64,000 nt of DNA from the human T2T-CHM13v2.0 reference genome, Homo sapiens. Both the position numbers and the translations under genes were made by a program. The notes beneath the pieces are model-generated. The model was given only the letters and a program-made list of their open reading frames with translations, had not been told where the DNA came from and made no database searches. Below, in pieces: positions 1 to 14,722 of the stretch; within the stretch, counting starts at the first letter, position 1, and each line of letters begins with the position of its first letter. The stretch lies in assembly GCF_009914755.1 (NCBI RefSeq), contig NC_060929.1; one strand, given 5' to 3'.

Positions 1-2170
1 GTTATAAACTTCCCTTTTAGCATGGCTTTTGTTATCCCACGGGTTTTGGTATGTTGTTTCCATTTTCATTTGTTTCATGAAATGTTTTGATTTGCTCCTT
101 AATCTTTTTTTTGTTGACCCAATGGTCACTTTAGAGCATGTTGTTTAATTTCTGTGTATTTGTAGTTTTCGAGGCATTGATTTCTTATTGTATTCCCTTG
201 TGGCCTCAGAAGATACTGGATATAATTAAAATTTAAAAAATTTATTGAGACTTATTTTGTGGCATACTGGATAATCTATCTGGAGAATGTTCCATGTGCT
301 GATGAAAAGAATGTTATTTTGAAGTTGTTGGATAGAATGTTCTGCAAATATCTTTTAAGTCCATTTCATACATTACGTAGTTTAATTCCAATGCTTCTTT
401 GTTTATTTTCTGTCTAGATAATCGGTCTAATGTTGAGAGTGTGGTGTTGAAATCCTACTATTATTGTATTGCTGTCTATCTCTCTATTTAGATCTACTAA
501 TATGTGCTTTACGAATCTGGGTGCTTCAGTGTTGGTGACATACATATTTAGAATTGTTATATCACATCGCTGTATTGATCCCTTTATTGTTATATAATGA
601 GCTTCTTTGTCTTTTTTTCTACTGTTCTTGACTTAAAGTCGTTTTATGTGATATAAATATATCTACTCTTGCTTGCTTTTGGTTTCCATTTGTAGGGAGT
701 ATCTTTTTCCATTCCTTACTTTCAGTCTATATGTGTCTTTACTAGTAAGGTGAATTTCTTGTAAGCAGTATATATTTGAATTATGTTTTTTTCAATCAAT
801 GTAACCATTCTATATCTTGTCAGTGGATAATTTAATTCAATTATGTTGAAGATTATTGATATGTGAGTCTTTGTTCTTGTCATATTGTTAATTGTTTTTT
901 GGTTGTTTTATATAGTCTTTGTTCCTTTCTTTTTCTCTTATTGATTGTTGTGGTTTAGACGATTTCTGTAATGGCACCATTTGAGTTCTTTCTATTCCTC
1001 CTTTTGTGACTGCTTTACCAATGAGTTTTATATTTTTATGTGTTTTCATGATGGGAAATGTCATCCTTTACTTTCCAGATATAGGACTTCCTTGAATACT
1101 TCCTTGAATATTTCTTTTAGGGTTGGTCTAGTGAGAATGAATTCCATCGGCATTTGTTTGTCTGGAAAAGACTCTTTTTTTCCTCTTTCATTTATGAAGG
1201 ATAATTTTACTGAATACAATATTCTTGTCTGCCAGTTTATTTCTTTCAGTACTTTGAATATATTATACCGTTCTCTTCCGGCTTACAAGGTTTTTGCTAA
1301 GAAATTCACCGTTAGTTTGATGGGATTTCCTTTATAGGTACTAGAGGCTTTTCTCTTGCTGTTTTAAGAATGCATTCTTTCTCTTTCATTTTAGACAATC
1401 TGACTATAATGTGTCACTCACGTAAAAGACCCTTTGTGTTGTCTCTTCTTGTGAACCACTGAGCCTCCTGTATTTTAATGTCTAATACATTATTAGACTT
1501 GGAACTTTAAATATATTATCATATTAAATAGGTGTTCTAATATTTCCTTTGTTTCTTTGCCCTCAGAGATACTGAGAATTCATATATTTGATCACTTTAT
1601 GTTGTCCCAAATGTCAAGAAGGCGCTGCTCATTCTTTTTTCTTTATTTTTGTCTGATCATGGTTATTTGAAAAGATCTGTTTTCAAAATCTGAGATTCTT
1701 TCTCCTGACTCATCTAGTCTATTGTTGAGACTTTTAAATATATTTTGTATGTCCTTCAATGAATTCTTCAGTTCCAACATTTCTATTTGGTTCTTTTTTT
1801 AAAATTTATTTGTGTTATTATTATAACAAAAGTTATTGGGGTACAAGTGGTATTTGGTTACATGAGTAAGTAATTTAGCGGTGATTTGTGAGATTTGGTG
1901 CCCCTATCACCCTAGCAGTATACACTGCCCTGTATTTGTAGTCTTTTATCCCTCACCCCCTCCCACTATTCTCCTCAAGTCCCCAAAGTCCATTATATCA
2001 TTCTTATGCCTTTGTGTCCTCTTAGCTTAGCTCCTATGTATCAGTGAGAATGTAAGATGTATGGTTTTCCATTCCTGAGTTACTTTACTCAGAATAATGG
2101 TCTCCAATCTCATCCAGGTCACTGCAAATGCTGTTAATTCATTCCTTTTTATGACTGAGTAGTATTCCAT

Positions 2171-2219
2171 CATATATATACATGAGATATATATGTGATA
2201 TATATGTGAGAGATATATG

Positions 2220-2268
<49 letters not shown>
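2171..2268. repeat. TA/GA-rich run followed by a perfect (TATC)12 microsatellite
   Basis: (tatc)x12 at 2221-2268, read directly. Confidence 0.95.
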
Positions 2269-5200
2269 ACAGTTTCTTTATCCACTCATTGACTGATTGG
2301 CATTTGGGTTGGTTCCACGATTTTGCAATTGTGAATTGTGCTGCTATAAACATGTGTGTGTATATATCTTTTTCATGTAATAACTTCTTTTTCCCTAGGT
2401 AGATATCTAGTTGTGGGATTGCTGGATTCAATGGTAGTTCTACTTTTTTTCTTTAAGGAATCTCCACACTGTTTTCTATAGTGGTTGTTCTAGTTTACAT
2501 TCCCACAAGCAGTGTAGAAGTGTCCCCTGATCACTGCATCCATGCCAACATCTACTGTTTTTTGATTTTTTTGATTGTGGTCATTCTTGCAGGAATAAGG
2601 TGGTATTGCATTGTGGTTTTGATTTGATTTTCCCTGATCATTAGTGACGTTGAGCATTTTTTCTTATGTTGGTTGGCCATTTGTATATATTCTTTTGAGA
2701 ATTGTTTATTCATATCCTTAGCCCGCTTTTTGATGGGATTGTTTTTTTCTTACTGATTTGTTTGAGTTTGTTGTGGATTCGGGATATTAGTCGTTTGTCA
2801 GATGTATAGACTGTGAAGATTTTCTCCCACTCTGTGGATTGTCTGTTTACTCTGCTGACTGTTCTTTTTGCCATGCAAATGCTCTTTAGTTTAATTAGGT
2901 CCAGCAGTTTATCTTTGTTTTTATTGCATTTGCTTTGCCGTTCTTGGTCATAAAATCCTTGCCTAAGCCAATGTCTAGAAGTGTTTTCCAATGTGATCTT
3001 CTAGAATTTTTGTAGTTTCAGGTCTTAGGTTTAAGTCCTTAATCCATTTTGAGTTAATTTTTGCATAAGGTGAGAGATGAGGATCCAGTTTCATTCTCCT
3101 ACATGTGGCTAGCCAATTATCCCAACACCATTTGTTGAATAGGGTGTCCTTTCCTCACTTCATGTTTTTGCTTGCTTTGTTGAAGATCAGTTGGCTGTAA
3201 GTATTTGGGTTTATTTCTGGGTTCTCTATTCTATTCCATTGATCTATGTGCCTATTTTTATACCAGTACCTTGCTGTTTTGGTGACCATGGCCTTCTAGT
3301 ATAGTTTGAAATCAGGTAGTGTAATGTGTCTAGATTTGTTCTTTTTGCTTAGTCTTGCTTTGGCTATGCAGGCTCTTCTTTGTTTCCATATGAATTTTAG
3401 AATTTTTTTTCCTAATTCTGTGAAGAATGATGGTGGTACTTTGATGGGGATTGCATGGAATTTGTAGATTGTTTTTGGCAGTATGGGCATTTTCACAATA
3501 TTGATTCTACCCATCCATGAGCATGGGATGTGTTTCCATTTGTTCGTGTCATCTGTGATTTGTTTCAGCAGTGTTTTTTAGTTTTCCTTGCAGAGTTTAT
3601 TTGCCTCCTTGGTTAGGTGTATTCCTAAGTATTTTATTTTTTTGCAGCTATTGTAAAAGGGGTTGAGTTCTTGATTTGATTCTTCACTTGGTCATTGTTG
3701 GTGTATAGAAGAGCTACTGACTTGTGTACATTAATCTTGTATGCAGAAACTTTGCTGAATTTTTAAAATCAGTTCTAGCAGCTTTCTGGAGAAGTCTTTA
3801 GGGTTTTCAAGGCAAACAACCATATCATCCACAAACAGTGACAGTTTGACTTCCTCTTTATCGATTTGGATGCCCTTTATTTCTTTCGCTCGTCTGATTG
3901 CTTTGGCTAGGACTTGTAGTGCTATGTTGAACAGGAGAGATGAAAGTGGGCATTCTTGTCTTGTTCCAGTTTTCAGAGGGAATGCTTTCACCTTTTCCCC
4001 ATTCAGTATTACTTTGGCTGTGGGTTTGTCATAGATAGCTTTTATTACATTAAGGTATGCCCCTTGTATGCTGATTTTGCTGAGTTTTAATCATGAAGCA
4101 ATGCTGGGTTTTGTTGAATGCTTTTTCTGCATCTTTTGAGATGATCATGTTATTTTTGTTTTTAATTCTGTTTATGTGGTGTATCACATTTATTGACTTG
4201 TGTATGCTAAACCATCCCTGCATCCCTGTTATGAAACCCACTTGATCATGGTGGATTATCTTTTTGATATGTTGTTGGATTTGGTTAGCTAGTATTTTCT
4301 TAAGGATTTTAGCATCTATGTTCATTAGGGATATCAATCTGTAGTTTTCTTTTTTTGTTATGTCCTTTCTGGCTTTGGTATTAGACTGATGCCGGCTTCA
4401 TAACATGAATTAAGGAGGGTCTCTTTTTTCTCTATCTTGTAGAATAATGTCAAAAGAATTGGTACCAATTCTTCTTTGAATGTCTGGTAGAATTCTGCTG
4501 TGAATCCTTCTGGTTCTGGACATATTTTTTGTTGGTAATTTTTAAATTACCATTTAAATTTCGGTAGTTGTTATTGGTCTGTTCAGGGCATCTAAGGCAT
4601 CTAATTCTTCCTGATTTAAGCTAGGAGGGTTGTATTTTTCCCAGGAATTTATGTATGTCTTTTAGGTTTTCTAGTTTATGTGTCTAAAGATGTTCATAGT
4701 ACACTTGAATGATCTTTTGTATTTCAGTGGTGTCAGTTGTAATATCTCCTGTTTTGTTTCTTAGTGAGGTTATTTGGATTTCCTCTCTTCTTGATTAATC
4801 TTGCTAATGGTCTGTCAATTTATTTATTTTTTTAAATAACCAGATTTTTGTTTCATTTATCTTTCATTTTTTTTTGTTTGTTTGTTCAATTTCATTTAGT
4901 TCTTCTCTAAACTTCGTTATTTTCTTTCTTTTGCTGGGTTTGGATTTAGTTTGTTCTTGTTTCTCTAGTTCCTTGAGCTGTGACCTTAGAATGTCAGTTT
5001 GTGTTCTTTCAGTCTTTTTGATGGAGGTGTTTAGGGCTATGAACTTTCCTCTTAGCACTACTTTTTGCTGAATCCCAGAGGTTTTGGAAGGATGTGTCAT
5101 TATTGTCATTCAGTTTGAAGAACTTTTAAATTTCCATCTTGATTTCATTTTTGACCCAGTGCTCATTCAGGAGGAGGTTATTTAATTTCCATGTATTTTC

Positions 5201-6061
5201 ATGGTTTTGAAAGTTTCTTTTAGAGTTGATTTCCAGTTTTATTCCACTGTGGTCTGAGAGAGTGCTTGATATAATTTCAATTTTCTTAAATTTATTGAGG
5301 CTCATTTTATGGCCTATCATATGGTCTATCTTGGAGAAAGTTCCATGGACTGTTGAATAGAATGTGTATTCTGTGGTCGTTGGATAAAATGTTCTTTACA
5401 TATCTGTTAAGTCCATTTGCTCCAGGGTATAGTTTAAATCCATTGTTTCTTTGTTGACTTTTTGTCTTGATGACTTGTTTAGTGCTGTCAGTGGAGTATT
5501 GAAGTCCCCCACTATTATTTTATTGCTGTCTATCTCATTTCTTAGGTCTCTTACTAATTGTTTTATAAATTTGGGAGTTCCAGTGTTAGGAGCATATATG
5601 TTTAGGATTGTGATAGTTTCCTGTTAGATAAGGCTTTTTATAATTATTAATGTCCCTCTTTGTCTCTTTTAACTGCTGTTGCTTTAAAGTTTGTTTTGTC
5701 TGATATAAGAATAGCTACCCATGCTCGCTTTTGGTGTCCTTTTGCATGAAATGCCCTTTTCTACTCCTTTACTTTATGTGAGTCCTTATGTGTTGGGTGA
5801 GTCTCCTAAAGGCAGCAGATAGTTGGTTGGTGAGTTCTTATCCATTCTGTGGTTCTGTATCTTTTAAGTCAAGCATTTGGGCCATTTACATTCAATGTTT
5901 GTATTGAAATGTGAGGTATGTTGCAGTTATTATGCTCTTTGTTACCTGTGTACTTTTGTTTTCTTGTTTTTTGTTTTTGCTTTTTAACTTGTATTTTTGT
6001 TTTATATGTCCTATGTGATTTATGCTTTAAAGAAGTTCTGTTTTTCTTTTCTCTCGCTCTC

Positions 6062-6343
<282 letters not shown>

Positions 6344-6713
6344 TAAGAGATTTTGTTTTGATATGTTTCCAGGATTTGTTTCAAGATTTAGATCTCCTTT
6401 TCGCAGGTCTTGTGATGGCATGGTAGTGGCAAATTCTCTTAGCATTTGTTTGTCTGAAAAAGAATGTATCTTTCCCTTCATATATGATGCTTAGTTTTAC
6501 TGGATACAAAATTCTTGGCTGATAATTATTTTGTTTGAGGAGGCTGAAGATAGGGCCCCAATGCTTTCTGGCTCGTAAAGTTTCTGCTGAGAAATCTGCT
6601 GTGAATCTGATAGGTTTTCTTTTATAGGTTACCTGGTGCTTCTGTCTCACAGCTCTTAAGTTTCCTTCCTTTATCTTAACTTTCAATAAGCTGATGACAA
6701 TGTGCCTAGGCAA

Positions 6714-7458
6714 TGAGGAATAAACTCTGATTTTTTTTATTTTGTCCAAATTCCTATCTAAGGGAGTCTGAGGAATCATGCCCTACAAATCATAAATTCT
6801 TATTGGATAAGTTTTATTTAACCCTATATGTCGTGATTTACTTTCCAACCTGATTCTGGCACAGCATTACGAGACAAAGAAGATCAAAATATTTTACCCT
6901 AAAACATGTTTCTTTGCCATATTTTGAAATGGCCTTGCAAAGCTGTTCTTTGTGGGGGACAATTTGCATCTGTAAAGAATCTCTATTAACTTAGCTAGAT
7001 CTTTTTCTTCTAGACCCTCCCAATCCTAAAGACATTAACTAAGATCTTCATTGGAAACATTTGTCATCTATTTTCTCTAAGGGAAGCCACTATAAGACTT
7101 CAAAAGAACTTTGTTCTCCACAGTCTTTATCTTAACCTGAACATTCCCTTTCTATGAATCCCTGGTCTTTAGACAATCTCAACCAATTGTCAACCAGAAA
7201 GTGTTTAAATTCACCTACAGCCTGGAAGCCCCTGCTTTGAGTTGTCCCACCTTTCTGGACCAAACCAAAGTATTTCTTAAATGTATTTGATTGGTGTCTC
7301 ATGCCTCTCTAAAATATGTAAAACCAAGCTGCATCCTGACCACCCTGGGGACATGTTCTCAGGACTTCTTGAGGGCTGTGTTATGGGCCATGGTCATTCA
7401 TATTTGGCTCAGAATAAATCTCCTTAAATTTTACAGAGTTTGACTCTTTTCATTGACA
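6714..7458 (+). mobile_element. ERV1 solo LTR, MER4E-like, inserted into L1PB ORF1
   Basis: TG...CA termini, 4-bp TSD gcaa at 6710-6713 and 7459-7462, and AATAAA near 7413. The MER4-type end is cagagtttgactcttttcattgaca. L1 ORF1 continues on both sides. Confidence 0.88.
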
Positions 7459-9722
7459 GCAATAATCTTTTTGTGATGAATTTCCCAGGTGTTCTTTGTG
7501 ATGCTTGTATTTGGATGTCTAGGTCTCTAGCAAGGCCAGGGAAGTTGTCCTCAATTATTCCCCCAAGTTTTTAGAATTCTTTTCTTCCTCAGGAACACTG
7601 ATTATTCTTAGGTTTGGTCATTTAACATAATCCCAGACTTCTTGGAGGCTTTGTTCATATTTTCTTATTCTTTTTTTTTTTGTCTCTGTTGGAATGGGTT
7701 AATTCACAGACCTTGTCTTCAAGCTCTGAATTTCTTTCTTCTCCTGTTCAATTCTATTGCTGAGACTTTCCAGAGCATGTTGCATTTCTAAAAGTGTGTC
7801 CAAAGTTTCCTAAATTTTTTATTGTGTTTTCTTTAAGCTATCTATTTCCTTGAATATTTCTTCCTTCACTTCTTGTTTCATTTTTTGGATTTTCTTGCAC
7901 TGGGCTTCACTTTTCTCTGGTGCCTCCCTGATTAGCTTAATAACTAACCTCCTGAATTATTTTTTCAGGTAAATCAGGGATTTCTTCTTGGTTTGGATCC
8001 ATTGCTGGTGAACTAGTGTATTATTTTGGCAGTGTTGAAGACCCTTGTTTTGTCATATTACCAGGGTTGGTTTTCTAGGTCCTTCTCATTTGGGTAGGCT
8101 CTGTCAGAGGGAAGGTTTAGGGCTGAAGGCTGTTGTTCAGATTCTTTTGTCCCATGCGGTGTTCTCTTGATGTAGTACTCTCTCCCCTTTCCTATGGATG
8201 TGGCTTCCTGTGAGCTGAACTGCAGTGATTGTTGTCTCTCTTCTGGGTCTAGCCACCCAGTGTGTCTACCCAGCTTCAGACTGGTACTGGGGGTTGTCTG
8301 CATAGAATCCTGTGATGTGAACCATCTATGGGTCTGTCAGCCGTGGATACCAGCACCTGTTCTGGTGGAGGTGGTGTGGGGGGGTGCAATGGACTCTGTG
8401 AGGGTTCTTAGCATTAGTGATTTAATGCTCTAGTTTTGTGCCGGTTGTCCTCCTGACAGGAGGTGGCATTTTCCAGAGAGTATCAGCTGTAGTAGTATGG
8501 AGAGGGACTGGCAGTGGGCGGAGCCCTAGAACTCCCAAGATTATATGCCCTTTTTCTTCCGCTACCAGGATGGGTAGGTAAGGACCATCAGGTGGAGGCA
8601 GGGCTATGCATGTCTGAGCTCTGACTTTCCTTGGGCAGGTCCTGCTGCGGCTGCTGTGGGGGATTGGGGTGCGATTCCCAGGTCACTGGAGTTGTGTACC
8701 TAGGAGGATTATGGCTGCCTCTGCTGAGTCAACAGACTTTCAGGGAAGTGGGAGAAAGCCAGCAGTCACAGGCCTCACCCAGCTCCCATAAAAAACTGAA
8801 GGGCCGGTCTCACTCCCACTGTGCCCTGCCCCCGCCAGTAGCCCCGAGTCTGTTTCCAGGTAGAGGGTGAGACGGACTTGAAAAGTTGCCCCAGGCTGAC
8901 CGCCTCCCAGCTGCGGGGGAAAAAAAGCACTTGGTTCTTCCCCCACCTGTGGAGTGTGCACACTGGATTTGCGCCCTCCCCTGAGTTCTGGCCAGTGACT
9001 TCTCACCCCATTCAAATTGTTACAAAGTTCAGCTAGAGATTTCCTTCTCCCTGTGGAGTTTTACCCCCTGCTCCTCTGGCCACCCTCCTGATGGATCCCT
9101 GTATTGCTAGGCAGGAATGGCCTGCTAGGGAACCCAGTGAGCTCCCAGGGCCTTTCTACTGCTTTCTCTACCCCTATATTTCACTTGACTCTCTAAATTG
9201 ACTCAGCTCTAGGTAAATTTGGAGCCTTCTCCCACAAACAGACCTTGAGTTTCTCCAGTGGGGGTGTGTGTTTGGGAGAGGAGGCTCTCCCTTTCCCATT
9301 TCCACAGTTGGGGCACTCACAGTATTTGGGGTGTCTTTTGGATCCTGCAGGAGCAGTCTGCTTCCTTCAGAGGGTCTGTGAATCCTCTTAGAATTGCTGG
9401 TTTATTCTTGCAGTTGATCTGGAGCTAAAATTCACTAAAATCTGGAGCTAAAATTCAGCTAAAATGTGAGCCTCCACATACTGCTCTGTCTGGAGCTGCA
9501 ATCTAATACTGCCTCCCATCTGCCATGATGACCTGTTATTCTCTATTTGGTTCTTTTTTCAAATATCTTTCTTTTTGGTAAGTTTCTCATTTATATTCTG
9601 AATTGTTTTTCTTATTTCTTTGTATTGGTTTTCAGAATTCTCTTTTATCTATGTTTCTTTAAAATCAATATTTTGAATTCTTTATCTGGGATTTCAAAAA
9701 TTTCTTTTTGATTAAATCTATT

Positions 9723-10096
<374 letters not shown>

Positions 10097-13084
10097 TTAC
10101 ATTGATATCTGTGTATCTGGTGTAACAGTCACTTCTTCCTATTTTTGAGTTTACTTGGAAAGAGGAAGACTTTTTCCTGAAGTTGTAGCTATGGTGTGGT
10201 TGGGTAGGATATTTTAGCTTTTATTCTGGTTGCATACAGTAGTGCAGTCACCGTATGATTTCTTTAGCTACAAATAGCATTAGTGGCATCTGTGATTTCC
10301 TCATTGGGTTAGAGTGCAGTTATTAGTGGAGGCTATGGTGAAGTTGTTCCAGGGATCAGGATGCCCAGTGAGGCACTCTTTGGGTCCCAGCAGTTGCAGT
10401 AGTGGGGTGAGTGTGCCTATCTTTTTGCCCAGGGAAGTGTGTTCTGGCACTCATGTTGGTGGTTACTGGTAGGCTGAGTTTTGGGTCTCATGGTGGCTTG
10501 CTTGGATGCTGGTAGTGGTAGTGGTGGACCAGGTGGGTGGACGGGTTCTTAGGCTCCTGGGAACCTGGCATAGCATTGATGATGGCAGTAGTGGTGGAGG
10601 GACAATTTCATGCTGTGATGAGCTGGGCAGGCCTGTGTCTAGGCCTTTTAGTTGGTTCCTGCAGGTAGGTGCCATCAGAGGTGGTAGTGACTATGTGTTT
10701 AGGCCCAACCTCAGGTGCTCAAGAGGAGTGCTCAGGTTTCCAAAGTGCTGGGTTGGGTTGGGGAATCCCCAGCATTCCAGGCTATATGCTCTTTCTTGGA
10801 AGGGGTAGTGAAACTAGGCTGCGTGGGTTTGTGTTCAGGTCCACAATGGTGAAAGCATGCACCAGCTGTTGTGGGTGGAGATGGGGCAATTCTCAGGCCC
10901 CAGGCAGAGTGTTCAGGTGAGGGGTGGTAGCAGTTGTGCTAAGACTCTGCCACTGGAAGGGATGAAGTCTTCCTCAGTGGCCACAGCCTAGTCTGTTGGG
11001 TGGGAAACACATGTTTCTCTAATGCTGCAGTCCCAGCAGGGCTCACCCACTAGCCCTTGCAGTGGTAGCCTGTGTCTAGCTTGTGTCCCCACTCTGGCTG
11101 CAGGAACCTCCACCCTACTCATGTCCCAGTCTCCATCCTGGCTGTGCTCACTTCTCAGCACCAGCAGCTGCAGTGCATGCCTTGCCTGCTTCTTACCCTT
11201 GGCTGCAGCAGCATTCCCAGCTCACTCCTCAGTTCTAGCAGTGACAGCCCAAGTTTCCCTAATGCCTCGGATCTGGCACTACTGGGTCCTAGGACAGCAT
11301 GCAGTCTGCCAAAGGCTAGGTTTGAAAATGGCTCCTTACTATAGCCAGTTAGATATCAGAAAGGGTGTGAGGACCCAGTCCCAGTGTGAGCTCCCTCCCT
11401 GGAGTAGTTCCATCCCGTGTTCTCCTGGCAGCTCCATATGTTAATTTCAGGGGTTCGGAAGGTTGAGAGGTTCTCTCGTGGCTAGGTTTGCACAATTCTA
11501 CAGTGAGGATGTGGGCCACTGGAACTCTGTCACCTACCCTTTCCCAGCTCCCAGCCAATCCTGGCCAGGCAGGCTGCCTCTCTCCGTTTTTATTCCCTGT
11601 GTTTGGTGCTTTCTGTTATTTCTCTGCTGAATTCCAGTGTTTCCCCTTGGATAATGTATTCAAAGTGTGACTGTCTATACACTATTTTGGTTCTTCTAAG
11701 TGCAGGGGGTGGGCATGAAGTATTTTTAGTCAGCCACCTTGAAGTACCCTCCTCATTAAAAGGTGTTTATTGTTCTGTTCTTTCAAGTTTTTTTTTTTAC
11801 AGATTAAAAAATAAAAAATTAAGGTTAAAAGCCTAAGATAAGCAGCAACAGAAATAATGACAAATGAACTGCAGAGGAGTGCTGATACCATCAAAATATC
11901 TATGTTACTTTCTCTGAAAGTTTAATAGATGTCAACAGAATGCAATACTTTTGTTTGTATCTGGCAATTATTCTTAATGTATAAAATAAGGAGCAATTAT
12001 TATTATGTCAAAAGAGCTACTGCATAACAACCTGTGTTCATTAATCAACGTTATCTTCTTCTACCACTGGCATCTATCTGAATTACTTTGCCCGGAAAAC
12101 ATAGTAAATATGTGCTCTCTGCCTACAAGGATATATAGACAACTGACTGGGAAATCAAAAGATTTATGGTTGCTGCAAACTCCTTATTGTGATATCTCAT
12201 TAATATCAGATTTGATTTGAGAGCATCATGCTTGAACTGCAAACGAACCCTGACTTCTATGATTGGAGAGACACTGGTGAGACTCACCTGTGATTAACAT
12301 CTCTGCTCAAATAAGAGCAACTGCTTGAGGATGACATTTCTGAGTTGTTCAGCTTGTCGTTATTTCATCTGAAAACAGCAGTAATTCTTTGTCATACTCC
12401 CATGCCCCAAGAAAATAATTGGTGTCCTCATTATCTTTTAAGAGCCTGAAGGAATTTATCCTATTAAGACTATGGGCAAATGAGTAGTTATCCAGCTCTC
12501 TTTGACTTTGTAAAGGCTTTTCACAACTTGTTATCATACGGCCCTGTGCCAAATCTTTTTCTGTAGTTTCTGTTTCTGTAGTACTTTTTTTTAAAGATGA
12601 CAACTTATTTTTCTTTTCCTTTGCTGGAAGACTCCCCGTATGTAGAGGGATTGCCACCCCGTGTAGTGTTATAAATTTAGGGTAAAACATTTGTAAGAGA
12701 ATTCTCCAGCATTACATATTCCATACTTGGCCCATGTGAGATGAAACTATTACCATGATGTTATGTGTTTGTTGACATTTATTACATAGCATTTTTGTAT
12801 AATTTCTTGTTTGCTTGCAAAAATGCTTCTTGAATTTCAGTCTTTATTTTACAGCAAATCATTTTTCTATGGTAGAGACCACAGCTTGCTCTACATAAAA
12901 ATGAAAACCCACAAGACATTTTAATGTACACCATGAATTTAATATGAGTTTTAGGATATTTATCTCTGAAAACTAGAAAAATTCTCTTGAATGCATACTT
13001 TAAAAATGAAACCAAACTGTTATCTCAATATTATTTGAGTATTTCCAGATGCTTACAAGAGAGGACCCTAAAATTAAGATTCAG

Positions 13085-13280
13085 AGGACATGGGTTTGTA
13101 TCCTGACTTTGCCACCAGACATGTGTAGCCTTTGCACAAACTTCTGGGCTTATCTAAATTACAGGTTTGTGAAATAGTTAATTTCCACCATGTGGGGGTC
13201 TTGTAAGGGTGAAATTATAATGATATCTATCAATGAGTCTGGAAATATTAAGCATCTAATATATGTTGGTTGAATTTGAA
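13085..13280 (+). mobile_element. Degenerate MIR-like SINE
   Basis: gacatgggtttgtatcctgactttgccac resembles the MIR B-box/core. Confidence 0.5.
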
Positions 13281-13339
13281 TCTATCGAGAATTACTAACA
13301 CCCAAATAATTAGTATGGAAAGAGAATTCACACCTTGCC

Positions 13340-13775
13340 AAATAGTAGCTAAACAAGTAGTTTACCTTTACCTAACAGGATGCTTAGAGGTAGGTAGTGC
13401 TCTTCTTGGTTTGTGGAATCAACAACTTTAGGGTTGGGAAGCATCTCTGTAGATTGTCTTTCCTATTCTTCATAGTCACAAGGTAGGGACTACATCTACC
13501 ATTGTTGAATCTATGATTTTGGGAGGAAGAGGAGGGCAAGAGCAGTAAGTCATGTTGGTCCTTTTGAGCGTGAAAAGAGAATAGAGGATTTTCCAGACGT
13601 TCCAGTGGACTTCTGCTTATACATCTCTAGCCAGAACTGTGTCACATGACTTGCTTTCACTGCCATGGAGGTTGGAAAGGGAATGTTTAGCTTTCCCAGC
13701 CTCTTCCATGGAGTAGGGCAAGGGAAGGAAGGGTTAGAAATGAGATTGAGGTTAACTAAAAATGATACCTGCCGC
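13340..13775 (-). mobile_element. Old MaLR LTR (MLT1J/K/L-like)
   Basis: gacttctgcttatacatctctagccagaactgtgtcacatg is a typical antisense MLT1 motif. Confidence 0.6.
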
Positions 13776-13804
13776 AGGGGATTGTTTGAGGAAGTAAGGA
13801 GGCA

Positions 13805-14060
13805 ATATCAGAGCATGGACTTTAGATGACCTTGATCAGCTTTGCCAGTTACCACTGGGTGACCTTGAATGATCTACTTAATGACTCTGAGCCTCAACTT
13901 CCGTATCTGTCTTAAGGGGTTCATAATAACCATCTTTCAGGGTTGCTGTAAAGACTAGAATATATATTATAGACATACTATATAAAATGCTACATATATA
14001 CATATGAATATATATCTCCAGTATCTGGTACATTGCAATTAGGCAATAAATTGTAATTAG
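13805..14060 (+). mobile_element. MIR SINE
   Basis: MIR core: gtgaccttgaatgatctacttaatgactctgagcctcaacttccgtatctgt...cagggttgctgt. Confidence 0.75.
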
Positions 14061-14722
14061 AGGCAAAATACTTTCCAAAAATTACATTCTGTTGTGATAA
14101 TCACTTAGAGTGGATATAATTTATAATAAGTTAAACTTCTATTGATATTTAAATGTATAAAATTAAACAACATTAATTGGGAGGTATAGAGAAAAACTTC
14201 CTAAATAAGAGAGGAAATCCCAAGGCCCAAGGAGAAGATAGACATGATTGTAAACTGTTCTGAGGTGATATTGAAAGTTTCCAGTTTGACTTATGTGCTC
14301 TAGACAGGAATCTTTGTGATGGTTCCTTCAAGAGGTGATATTGAATCTTCATTAGCAGGTTTGATAATTGTAAAGAAATTATTTAAAAGTGATTACTGGA
14401 ATCATGTATTAGTGGGGTTAGTTTAAGTTTAGTTAATTTAGGAGAGTGCCTCTTTAGAACATTCTACTGGGCTGAATTTTCTGTTTGAAGAATTAAATAA
14501 TTGAAGCATTCCAATTATATAGGTTGTAAAAGACATTTGAAATAAAAGTATTAATTCTTTTACATCTTTTGAGGCAACATCTATCAATCTTTTGGAATAA
14601 TGTTCATCAATAGGAGATATGGTATAGATTTGACCCCTTTTGAAATAGGTATAGGTTAACACTAAAAATTTCCTGTGAATGAGGCCACTTGGCTCTTAGT
14701 AAATGAGCAGTCTCTACAAGCT

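Noticed and set aside
12349-12690. 113-aa ORF in unique sequence
   Set aside because: No recognisable domain, AT-rich codon usage, and a length within chance expectation for 64 kb.
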